This document shows, piece after piece, positions 44,675 through 53,876 of a stretch of DNA of 64,000 bases (the first letter of the stretch is position 1; each line of letters begins with the position of its first letter). The notes beneath the pieces were generated by a model. It was not told the DNA's origin and ran no database searches. It saw nothing but the letters and a program-made list of their open reading frames with translations. The stretch lies in contig JAUPSS010000002.1 of assembly GCA_040285825.1 (NCBI GenBank), positions 1,116,001-1,180,000 of the forward strand, written 5' to 3'. Position numbers and translations under genes: made by a program. The stretch comes from Eukaryota sp. TZLM1-RC. Taxonomy: Eukaryota > Protista > Metamonada: BaSk clade.

Positions 44675-46138
44675 ATGACTTCGCCGACACCAATTGATCT
44701 TAATCGTCTTACCTTGGATACTAAAACACTTATAAATGTGCCACAATGGAACCGTAAGAACATATTGCACTCAAGTAACCCTTCTTATACACAATGTACA
44801 TTTTACTCAGATATATTGATCCTACACGATAAGTCAATGACTAGAGTATCCCAATGTGGCTCAATTAACACAATCACATTCACAAACTCTCCTCCAAGAA
44901 GGAGGTTTGGTTCTATGTCTCAGGCCAACTCATTAGTTTATCTTTTTGGCGGGTTAGATGAGAATAACCGCCCCTTAAGAGATCTTTGGTGTATCCGAAT
45001 TCACGATGATCCTCAACACGCTCATCAGTGGACAAAAGTTCGTTCCCAAGGTGATTTACCTCCTCCAAAGTTTGGGGCCTTGTTATCTTCATTTCAGCAT
45101 TATTTGATTCTATTTGGAGGAGCTGGTCAAGATTCCAGTAGTCACGATTCTTTGTTCATCCTCAACACCCAATCAAATCTATGGCTACGAAGCCTTGTGC
45201 CCCCAAATATAAAGGCCATATCAAAATGGCCATCTGCTCGAGCGTTAGCTTCTCATTTCACAGTCAATGGTTTTCTCTATCTGTTTGGTGGATGTTCTTG
45301 TCTACCTCCGAATGCAGATCCTGCATCAGAGATTACTTCGGCTAGACTGTGGGGACGAACAAATAATGAGCTCTGGAGACTGCGATTGTCCAGTATTTGT
45401 TGTAATGACTCCATGGAGCCCCCCACAGGAAGATGGGAGAAAATTAGTATATCAGGTGCCGTTCCTTCACCAAGAGCCGGTGCCTGTGTTTCTCCCTTAC
45501 CTTTTGAGGGCAAAGTCTTGATCATGGGAGGTTTTGCAACCTTCCCTCGGTCCTCTTGCGCTGATTCTTTCTTGTTGGACTGCTACAGCCACATGTCATC
45601 CCCTCTTCGTTGCAGGGGCATAGAAAGACCCCCTCACAGATCGTTGACTACTGTTGCCACATCTTCTCTCGGATTTGTTTTATGTGGAGGTTTGAGTACT
45701 TCTGGACCTTGTTCTGATGTCTACTCTCTCGATTTTATCGACTCATCATCTACTCCTTGTACACCAGTCTCTGCTACACCAACGTCTTCTGTTAAAGAGA
45801 TATACAGTCCTCGTTCTCTTTGCTCTGAACCCAATAGTGCAAGATCCAGTTTTAATGGACTTCCATCGTTAAAGGAGGTTGTTCCTAACGTCAAGTCTCC
45901 ATTTTCTAGACCTTGTACCTCTGAAGTTTCTTCTCCGACGAGCCCTAGGTTGACCAAAGCTCAACAACCGTTATCCACTAATACTCAACAAAGTATTTCG
46001 TTGTTGAAATCATTATCATCTGTTGCAGAAACTTGTTTTGATTCTCCGACCCCTCGGATTCAACAAGCCATTTCTTATCTGAAAAGTTCTATTTCTATTA
46101 TTGTTGAAGAATTGGAAAAGCAGAATAGTGGAAATTAA
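44675..46138 (+). CDS. Kelch-repeat protein
   Basis: Repeats of PPRRRFGSM..VYLFGG, PPPKFGA..LILFGG, PSARALA..LYLFGG and PSPRAGA..VLIMGG, followed by a Ser/Pro-rich tail. Confidence 0.9.
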   Translation: MTSPTPIDLNRLTLDTKTLINVPQWNRKNILHSSNPSYTQCTFYSDILILHDKSMTRVSQCGSINTITFTNSPPRRRFGSMSQANSLVYLFGGLDENNRPLRDLWCIRIHDDPQHAHQWTKVRSQGDLPPPKFGALLSSFQHYLILFGGAGQDSSSHDSLFILNTQSNLWLRSLVPPNIKAISKWPSARALASHFTVNGFLYLFGGCSCLPPNADPASEITSARLWGRTNNELWRLRLSSICCNDSMEPPTGRWEKISISGAVPSPRAGACVSPLPFEGKVLIMGGFATFPRSSCADSFLLDCYSHMSSPLRCRGIERPPHRSLTTVATSSLGFVLCGGLSTSGPCSDVYSLDFIDSSSTPCTPVSATPTSSVKEIYSPRSLCSEPNSARSSFNGLPSLKEVVPNVKSPFSRPCTSEVSSPTSPRLTKAQQPLSTNTQQSISLLKSLSSVAETCFDSPTPRIQQAISYLKSSISIIVEELEKQNSGN

Positions 46139-46217
46139 TTTATTTTGTACAATACATAGGATATCTTTTTACCAATAAACACATGAAATCCTTTTTTCTT
46201 TCACTTCTTATCAACAA

Positions 46218-46418
46218 ATGGAAAGACTACATTCTCGAGATGAATACATTTCCAAAACCGAAAAAGATATGTCGTTAGAAGAAGGGTTTGTTGGAAAAGA
46301 GCCGCATGACCGAATAGACGACATTGCTGATCAAATGGAGACAGAACCAAAGGAGGAGGAGGAGACTTCTCATGATAGAGATGATGATGATTTGGTGGTG
46401 GGAAGGGATTGGGAATAA
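46218..46418 (+). CDS. Possible small acidic protein (66 aa)
   Basis: ATG-initiated, purine-rich, coding-like ORF squeezed between the kelch and CTF18 3' ends; no recognised family. Confidence 0.4.
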   Translation: MERLHSRDEYISKTEKDMSLEEGFVGKEPHDRIDDIADQMETEPKEEEETSHDRDDDDLVVGRDWE

Positions 46419-46474
46419 GTTGGGTAGAGACAAATATTTAAATAGAATTAATTGAATAATTAGTCTTTATTGAA

Positions 46475-48649
46475 TCAAAGCAATTCATCAATAACGACGG
46501 ATCTGCGGACCGCCTTGGTGGCTCCTTCATGAAATTTAAAGGTAATTGGCAGTTTTTTAGATTTCCTGTTAATTTTTGGTGATCCAATGGCCAAAAAAGA
46601 CGATAGACTGGTTTTTCGTCGCTTGACTTCAGGAGAAAGAACAAGATCAGCTGCCCTCGCTCTAACTGTTGGTGTTAGGGGTCCTGGGTTAGAATCACTA
46701 CTATCCAAATGTTCAAGTTCTCTGTTTAAAACCATTAAGAGATCATTGGATAAATTACCACAACCAAGAATTAATGAAGAGATATCAGGTTCCAAAACCA
46801 ATTGTGTTGAACCATCAGCCAGACTGGTCTTAGTAAATGAAAATCCAAAATTTGAGAGAAAGCTAACTGAAAACTTAATTTTTAAAAGATCCTCCTCAGA
46901 AGGTGCAAAACAACTGGAAATATTTGGTATAATGATATTGAAAATACTTGAAAGTAAAAACAATCTGGCTGAAGTAATTGAAAAGAAGCTTTTAAAAATT
47001 GGTGATAAAAGAGAATGAAAAGACTCTAATATAGAGTGTTGTTTAATGACTTCAAACTTTCTGGAAAAACAGTCACGAGAAATCCGAGGACTTGAATTGA
47101 CTGACTCCACAGAAAGTCGTTGTCGAAGGGTCATTAATGCCAGGACCTGGCTTGACCGTGACGTGGCATTGGCATTTGAAAACAAAGAAGCATAACTTAC
47201 ATGTTTCCGAAGCAATGGGTCTGAAAAATAACTAACAGCTGAATGATGAGATAGTTCAAAAAGAGGTGCAAAGTCGTCAAAAGTCTCCAGAACATTGAAG
47301 AAATTCACATCATCAAAGGGAAAGCTTTGTTTTAAAAAAATAGCAGACAATAAATTTCCAAATTTAAATTTATCATCAGGATTACTAGTTTCGTTCATAA
47401 GAGTCTGTGAATCTAATTTTCCTGTCCCTTTAGTAACCATTTGTAATTCTGTAATACATTTTCTTATATCGCCACTGAACTGACTAATTAACTTTGATAA
47501 TGTTGTATTTGTTGAACTAATACCTTGAGCTTTGCATATGTGAGTCAAGCGGTCAAGAAGTTTCTGATTAGAGGGAGGGTGAACTTCAATTATTAAACAA
47601 TACTTTCTTAAATTGCGAAGAACTGTGGAATAAAGATTGTTACAAATACAAATAACCGGCCTTAAAACTTTTTGCTTTTTTATCGAATTAATTAAAAAAT
47701 TAATTGAAGAATTGCTCCTTTTAACATCAGCACTGTTCAAACCATCAACCTCATCCAAGATAACCAAAGTTGGTTTTTCCTTTTTTATCTTCCCCTTGTT
47801 GTTTCTTTTAAGACTCAGTGAGTGACACCCCAAAGAACCCTGCAGAGGTTCCAACAAGCTCTTGTCAGTCCTTTCCAACGAAGCGTTAATGGTCAATGGT
47901 TTGTAACCCAACTGCTGAGCACAGACCTCAGCCAACGTAGTTTTGCCAATGCCAGGAACTCCATGTAAAAGAAGGACAGGAAGAGACGGTGGCTGGGCAG
48001 AGGATTGGTTCGAAAACACAAGAGGTTCAAATGACTTAATGAACCCCAAAACTTTTCTATTAACTACATCATCAGACAACAAATTTTTGAACGAGCTGGG
48101 GCGATAAAGATCAGTGAACAAATCGTACTGAAACTTTGATTTGGGTTTAAAAAGCTGATTGGAGAGTAATTGTTTTTTCTTCTCCTTACTAGCCTCTTCT
48201 CTCCACTTTGTGACACTGGCACCAAACCTAAAGGAAGAAGAGCATGAATGAGAGGTAAGTGGAAGACATTTTGACTTGATGTGAATAGTGTCTTTTGCGA
48301 TTGGTTTTAGGGGTACTGAAGGGTGAATAAGAGAATCTGCAATCGAGATAGGCTCCCAAGAAGACTTTTTAACAGGAGGGGGTGAAGGCGACGGAGAAGG
48401 GGTCATTGGACGTGAGGGAGGTGGGGAAGGAGGTGCATTACTGATTGGGTTTCCCGTAGCGGTGGGTTCAGGTTCATTCATTTCATCTACCAGATCGTCA
48501 AAGACATCTTCAAAAGGTTCCAAGTCGTCAAAAATTGGTGGAGGGTTAGGTTTCTGTTTATGTACATTAGCCTCTTCTTGATCTTTGAGAAGAGCTTCAA
48601 ATTCAAGTTCTGGGTCGTAAAAGTCGTCATCACTACCGAAAAGGTCCAT
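46475..48649 (-). CDS. CTF18: Chromosome transmission fidelity protein 18 (RFC-like clamp loader)
   Basis: LFTDLYRPSSFKNLLSDDVVNRKVL, Walker A GVPGIGKTTLA, INASLER, Walker B VILDEVDG, RPVICICNNLY, SGDIRKCI and the C-terminal FKFHEGATKAVRRSVVIDELL. Confidence 0.95.
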   Translation of the reverse strand: MDLFGSDDDFYDPELEFEALLKDQEEANVHKQKPNPPPIFDDLEPFEDVFDDLVDEMNEPEPTATGNPISNAPPSPPPSRPMTPSPSPSPPPVKKSSWEPISIADSLIHPSVPLKPIAKDTIHIKSKCLPLTSHSCSSSFRFGASVTKWREEASKEKKKQLLSNQLFKPKSKFQYDLFTDLYRPSSFKNLLSDDVVNRKVLGFIKSFEPLVFSNQSSAQPPSLPVLLLHGVPGIGKTTLAEVCAQQLGYKPLTINASLERTDKSLLEPLQGSLGCHSLSLKRNNKGKIKKEKPTLVILDEVDGLNSADVKRSNSSINFLINSIKKQKVLRPVICICNNLYSTVLRNLRKYCLIIEVHPPSNQKLLDRLTHICKAQGISSTNTTLSKLISQFSGDIRKCITELQMVTKGTGKLDSQTLMNETSNPDDKFKFGNLLSAIFLKQSFPFDDVNFFNVLETFDDFAPLFELSHHSAVSYFSDPLLRKHVSYASLFSNANATSRSSQVLALMTLRQRLSVESVNSSPRISRDCFSRKFEVIKQHSILESFHSLLSPIFKSFFSITSARLFLLSSIFNIIIPNISSCFAPSEEDLLKIKFSVSFLSNFGFSFTKTSLADGSTQLVLEPDISSLILGCGNLSNDLLMVLNRELEHLDSSDSNPGPLTPTVRARAADLVLSPEVKRRKTSLSSFLAIGSPKINRKSKKLPITFKFHEGATKAVRRSVVIDELL

Positions 48650-48674
48650 GTTGATTGTGGAAAAAATAAAAAAA

Positions 48675-48855
48675 ATATTCTTTCTATTTTTTCTATTTTT
48701 AAGGGAATGGTAAAACTAATTTCTGATTCACTCTCTTCTTTTGGAAAATTTGCTGGACCTGTAGCAATTAATTGCTTTGATGTAGGGGAGGCAGGTTTTG
48801 AGGATGTGGAGTTTTAGTTGAGTATTTCTTGTTTTCATATTCCTTATTAAATGAA
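48675..48855 (+). mobile_element. CRE-like family D 3' tip immediately upstream of CTF18 (antisense)
   Basis: FSIFKGMVKLISDSLSSFGKFAGPVAINCFDVGEAGFEDVEF* resembles FSIFKDMLKTVSDALLSLG...CFVLGKMDYLEVDL* at 43230-43356. Confidence 0.7.
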
Positions 48856-49215
48856 TAAAAAAAGAAAATTATTTAAAAAAAATAAAAAACTAAAAGAAAT
48901 TTGGTTTTATTTAGAAATGTGTCTATGCATTCATCTGCCTTTAAAGATGTTGATTCTACTTTTTGATGAGTTTCGAGGGTAATTATTGGTAAGAAAATGA
49001 ATGATATGTCATATGGGGAATGTCATTCTGTCATGAACAGGGTTGGAGAAGTGTGTATCAGGAGGATTTCAAAGTTTAAATCATCTTCTTAGTGTTGGAT
49101 ATCATATCAAACTCATTTTTAATTCACATGTATATATGTTTCAACTAATGACAACATCAACAATTTCTAAAAGAATTGTTGAATATAAAAATCAAATCAC
49201 TTTAAACTGTAGTAT

Positions 49216-50120
49216 TCAATACTGAGGAACCCTGCTGATAACCACCCCAAACCTTGATTCTACAGTTTTCTTCACAAACATGCTGGTTAATGTCTGCTGC
49301 TTCCCTTTTCCCTTGTTATTCTTTACCTTTGCCCCTGCTCTCCGTTTTTTCCCTGCAACACGAACTGCACCCCAGTCACCCCAATCTACTTTAACACATT
49401 TTTCATTCAGCAAAATCTCAGCAGTTGACCAAGCGTACCGAACGTGCCTACCCCAGCCAAAAACAGGACACAAATTATTATTAAGCCATTGTTTAGTTTT
49501 TGGATCTGCGGGATAACCAGAAAGATCACAGCCAACATCTTGCTTTAATAACAAATCCCGCTTTACCTTGGCTACAATACTGGCGGCCGACACAATAGGA
49601 TAGAGACTGTCAGCTTTGCTTGCAACAGTGAAGTTAATGTTAGGAAACTCTGAAGTAAGGAATTTCTTGTAAAAACTGGGCTTGCCTGCAATTAAAGGAG
49701 AGATTGAGGAACATATCCAATGTATCCACGTATATATGACTTATAGAGAATGAGGACAGCACTTGATTGATGAGTTGAATGACAGCAGATTTTGCGATAT
49801 CATTCAGAGACAGAGGTTCATTTGCAAGTTGCTGTGATGAGATATCTTGAGCAGAAATTGCTTTACTAAAAGAAGTGAACGATTCAAGATTATTCAACAA
49901 TTCTGCAATAGACTCTCTGTCAGTGGATGTCAATACTTTCGAATCTGCAACAGGAATGTCAGTAAGTGAAGTTGTGTAATCGAAATCAGAAGAAGGGATA
50001 TTTATACAAGCAATTGTGTAAACCATACTGCCCAAAACCGGTCCTCTACCAGCCTTGAAGTAAGCAAGCCGTACAAGAACAAACTTCATCAATTCCACAA
50101 ACAACAAGATTGGAGGCCAT
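49216..50120 (-). CDS. RNASEH2A: Ribonuclease H2 subunit A, three exons (introns 50054-50084 and probably 49686-49716)
   Basis: Spliced reading: MASNLVVCGIDE|AGRGPVLGSMVY...VADSKVLT...HIYVDTLG|KPSFYKKFLTSEFPNINFTVASKADSLYPIVSAASIVAKVKRD...SGYPADPKTKQWL...VFGWGRHVRYAWST, with a C-terminal PIP-like QQTLTSMF. Confidence 0.92.
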
Positions 50121-50299
50121 GGAAGAAGAGAGGGGAAAAAGCTCTGGCCTATAGTAGTTGTAGGTCTTATGAGTTACAGTTAAAAAAGGCAATGTTGTAA
50201 AATAGTATTTTGATTCAAGTGGTGACTAAAGTACTTTATCATTTTAGACATCCCTGATTTTGAATACATCTGGTGCAGCTGTCATTTCACTTTTTCCTC

Positions 50300-50960
50300 A
50301 CAAATTTTTCTCAAAATCTCACAATATGATGTCATCTGATAACATAACCCCTGATTCATCTTTACGTCGACAGCTTGACTCTTCATATGTTGTTTCTAGC
50401 AAAAAAAATTGCTTCTGAAAAACTGTATAATCATAGGTACAAGAAAGGTTTAGTATTAGTTTTTGTAACTTTATTGATCAACACTACTTCATCACCTTTT
50501 GAGACTCAAAAGGTGTTGCTTATGCTGTCAAGGAGAACAATAGTATGTTCCTTCGACTCCACCGCTATGTCTAAAAATGTTGCTACAGTTGAGTCTCATA
50601 AAGTTTCCAGAACAAAATACAGAAACTCTAATTCGTTGAAATATCGAAATGAATCTCTTTGAACACTCACCGTTTTGCGATATTTTGCAGAGAAGGTTTC
50701 TATTGGATTGGAATCTGCACAATATGGAGGAAGAATGAGAATCTACACCTGCCTTTCCTAATCCATGAATGATTTTCTCGTGATCGTGTATGTTACATTC
50801 ATACAATACTACACGACTTCGTCGACCACCTGACGTATGGAGGAAATTTTGGGACATCCATGAGTTGATCAATGAAAAAAATTGAGATCGTTCATAATGG
50901 CCTTTTTGAATATGTAAGTGAACATATCCATTGACGTCGATGGTCACACATGCAGATTTT
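50300..50960 (-). mobile_element. IS630/Tc1-mariner DDE transposase remnant
   Basis: RVVLYECNIHD (VMDN-like position) and, after a frameshift, LPPYCADSNPIETFSAKYRK, resembling LPPYSPDLNPIE. Confidence 0.65.
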
Positions 50961-51004
50961 TGTTTATGTAAAAAAAGAGAAACTTCGTTTTGATTGGTAG
51001 TTTT

Positions 51005-51410
51005 TCAAAGTGAACCAACGAAACTCTTTCAGTAACAAACCCACTAAAATCCCAGGTTTAAGCAATGTTGTTTCCATCAGTGGTCATAGTGATATTAATA
51101 CTGCCCTTGACTAGAGTGGTTAAGTTTTTGTATGGGGCAAGTTGAGTAAAATAAGTGATGATTGTGAAGATACTGAGGAACCAAGATGTACTGAAGCTTT
51201 CGCTAATATAGAAGGTATTTCTGTAGGTGATGATTTTTTTGGCCTACAATAGAAACACTGTTTGGGCTTGGGGAAGGAACGATAAAGGTCAATGAGGTAC
51301 AGGTGATTTGATCAATCGATCACAGCCTGTCAAATTATCATTTGGTTCTGAAATACTTGGAACTTTTCATGATCCAAAACAGCCTTTGAACAGCATGTTT
51401 AGTGGTCTCA
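51005..51410 (+). pseudogene. RCC1-repeat gene fragment
   Basis: PTKIPGLSNVVSISG...ALD*SG*VFVWG and TVWAWGRNDKGQ*GTGDLINRSQPVK, with in-frame stops. Confidence 0.75.
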
Positions 51411-52085
51411 TTCAACTCCCTTTTCTCAACTACTATTCCTCTCTATGCCGCTCTCCTTCCATTAACTATTGATGGCGACTACTCTCGCTGATCTTTTTCA
51501 CTTAGTACTGCGTTGTGTTACAATTGAATATATCTTGCTTGTTGAAACACTTCCTTTACGAAGATTAGTCAATCATTATGTCTATTTTGATGAAATGGTC
51601 TCAGCGAACCTGTTTATGTTTAAAGACAATTCTTCATCTCAACTTTGAACATCTTTTTATAGCAGTTCGTTCGAGGATTTTGTTTTCGACAATTTTAACC
51701 AAAATGGAATGTTTATTGATTTTTTGAATACAAAATATGTATACATGGATCAGCTGTACAACATAATACTTGCATTGGGGTTCAGCTAATGTACCTACTA
51801 TACTACTGTAATAGTGTAAAAAGAGAATCAATCCAGGGGTTTTCATCAGTATCTACAAAAGCAGGGAATAGAAGATAGGGAATAGGGACGATTGGCAGGC
51901 TAAGAATTGCTACAAACCTTTAACGAAGCCAAAACATTTGCCTCTTCCTTGTTGATTCGTCATTCCATCAGCAAATGTTGCTATAATAGAAAAGCCAACA
52001 GCTCCACCAAGATCACTGGCAAACTCAGATATAACTGAAGAAGGAGCGGAAAATACCTTCCATTTCCAGTAAGGTTTATGCAGTC

Positions 52086-53876
52086 ATGGATACGTGCCTG
52101 TTCTCTTTATCAGTTCTTTAAGCAGCCAGTTTCTGATTATATTGATGGACTGCTTGCTGGCCAAAATTTTTGCTGTACGCTTCCCTGAAGACAGTCGTTT
52201 TCTGACTCAACCACAATTATGGATCCAGTTTCTTGACCTTGTGGCGGTATCTGAGCCAAAAGTCAGACATCCATTCAACAGACCTGACAAAGGTCATGTG
52301 TATGAGAAGCTCCAGCTATCCTCTACATCATGGCCGTTTGCTGTCTTGTTCATGTCGAGAAAAGGTCGTAATCATGCGCTACCCACTAGTAGGCCTCTCC
52401 AACAACTAGTGGATGCAAAGTGCCGCCAGTTGCAAGGCAACTACCAGCAGCTCCCGGTCTTGTGACGTGGAAGCTCAACTTCTTCCGCTCGTATGCAGTA
52501 GGTCATAATTCCCCTGCACCAGCCTCTTATGCTGGCTCTGTACTTCACAACAATACGAACTTTCGGGAAGAGTGACCCTTAATCAAGGGAATAGTACCTA
52601 CATTTTCCGTCGCAGATTAATAATCCAAAACAACCTCGAGCCAGCCTTTCCGCATACCTTTAGACGACAGAGACTTACCCCTATTTCTAGTTTGAAGCCT
52701 GCTTTTGTTCCCTTTTCCACATTGGTTCTCAACCATTTTATCTCCAAAACACAACACAAACAATTTTGAAAAACCCATATTTATTGTTTGAAACAAAAGC
52801 TAATGACTGCGCCGTGTCTTCTAATGGTGATAGTGTCCGTATAACTTTCTCACCCCACCCAAAAGCAACACGAGTGAGACTGTCTGCCTTGGCTGATTAG
52901 AACTCCAGAGGGGAACTTGATTACTACGAAACCACTGGGAATAGAAAACAAACCCTGCAAGCCAAGGTTGAACAGTCAAGACTTCGCCAGAAACCTAAAG
53001 CTACTGAGTGGTAGGCACATGATGATGAAACGGAAATGGTGTTCTGGGCTATCGACCCCAACCACTCAAATCTATGTGGTTCCAGCATTAGAACACGTTC
53101 AGGGCCGACCGTTTCCAATATCTTCTTTGTACCAAAGTATCGAAAAGTCAATCTTTCCGTTTCACTGACACATCAATAGATGTTCATGACGTGCAGAAAT
53201 TGAACCATTATCTGCTTGAAATATCAACTAACGGTGACTATAAGGTCTATGAAGGTATCAACAAAAAACGATCATTGCTGTAGCAGCAATTACATCTGAG
53301 TGCTCGAAAAGCATTGATGAGAAACACACTTGACTTCTTTATAAGAAAACGGAAAAGATTCAGCTCAATTATCAACAAAGTGAAAAAATTTGCAAACGGT
53401 CGAGAAGTAAAGGTGTAGTTTGGCAATGGAGGTAGTGGTCCATCATGTCAAAAAGTGAAAACACCACGCAAGGCGTTTCTCAAGTTGCTTCAAGATCGGA
53501 GATGAATACATGGCATCTGCAAAGGTGAACTGCTGCAAGATGCTACACCAAAAGATCTATCAAGAAGTTGATGGTGAAGTTAAAGTTCACAACACCTATT
53601 TCAGTTGTCCCGAAGGTAATCCAGTTTGGTGTAAAGACATTTCTGCATCACTAAATCAGCTAGAAATTTCAATTAGTGGGCACTATTATGGAACCAGATT
53701 AGAAGCGTTCCAGAGACCACAAAGAAACTAGCTTCAAAGCTACGTATTGTTCTAGAGGAGAAATGGGCTCACTGAGATTGGTGGCCAATTATTCGCGGAT
53801 TCTAGAACGTCAGTGGACGATCTCACCAAGAATGACAGTTCTTGGAATAAGTTTGAAAACCATACTAGTAGACAAA
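52086..53876 (+). mobile_element. Fanzor1 family-2 pseudogene, copy B, plus ~145-nt 3' non-coding end (candidate omegaRNA)
   Basis: All three RuvC acidic residues are visible in broken frames: WAIDPNHSNL (~53050), V*FGNGGSG..KTPRKAFLKLL, DEYMASAKVNCC (~53502) and SCPEGNPVWCKDISASLN (~53635). Stop at 53731. Confidence 0.8.
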
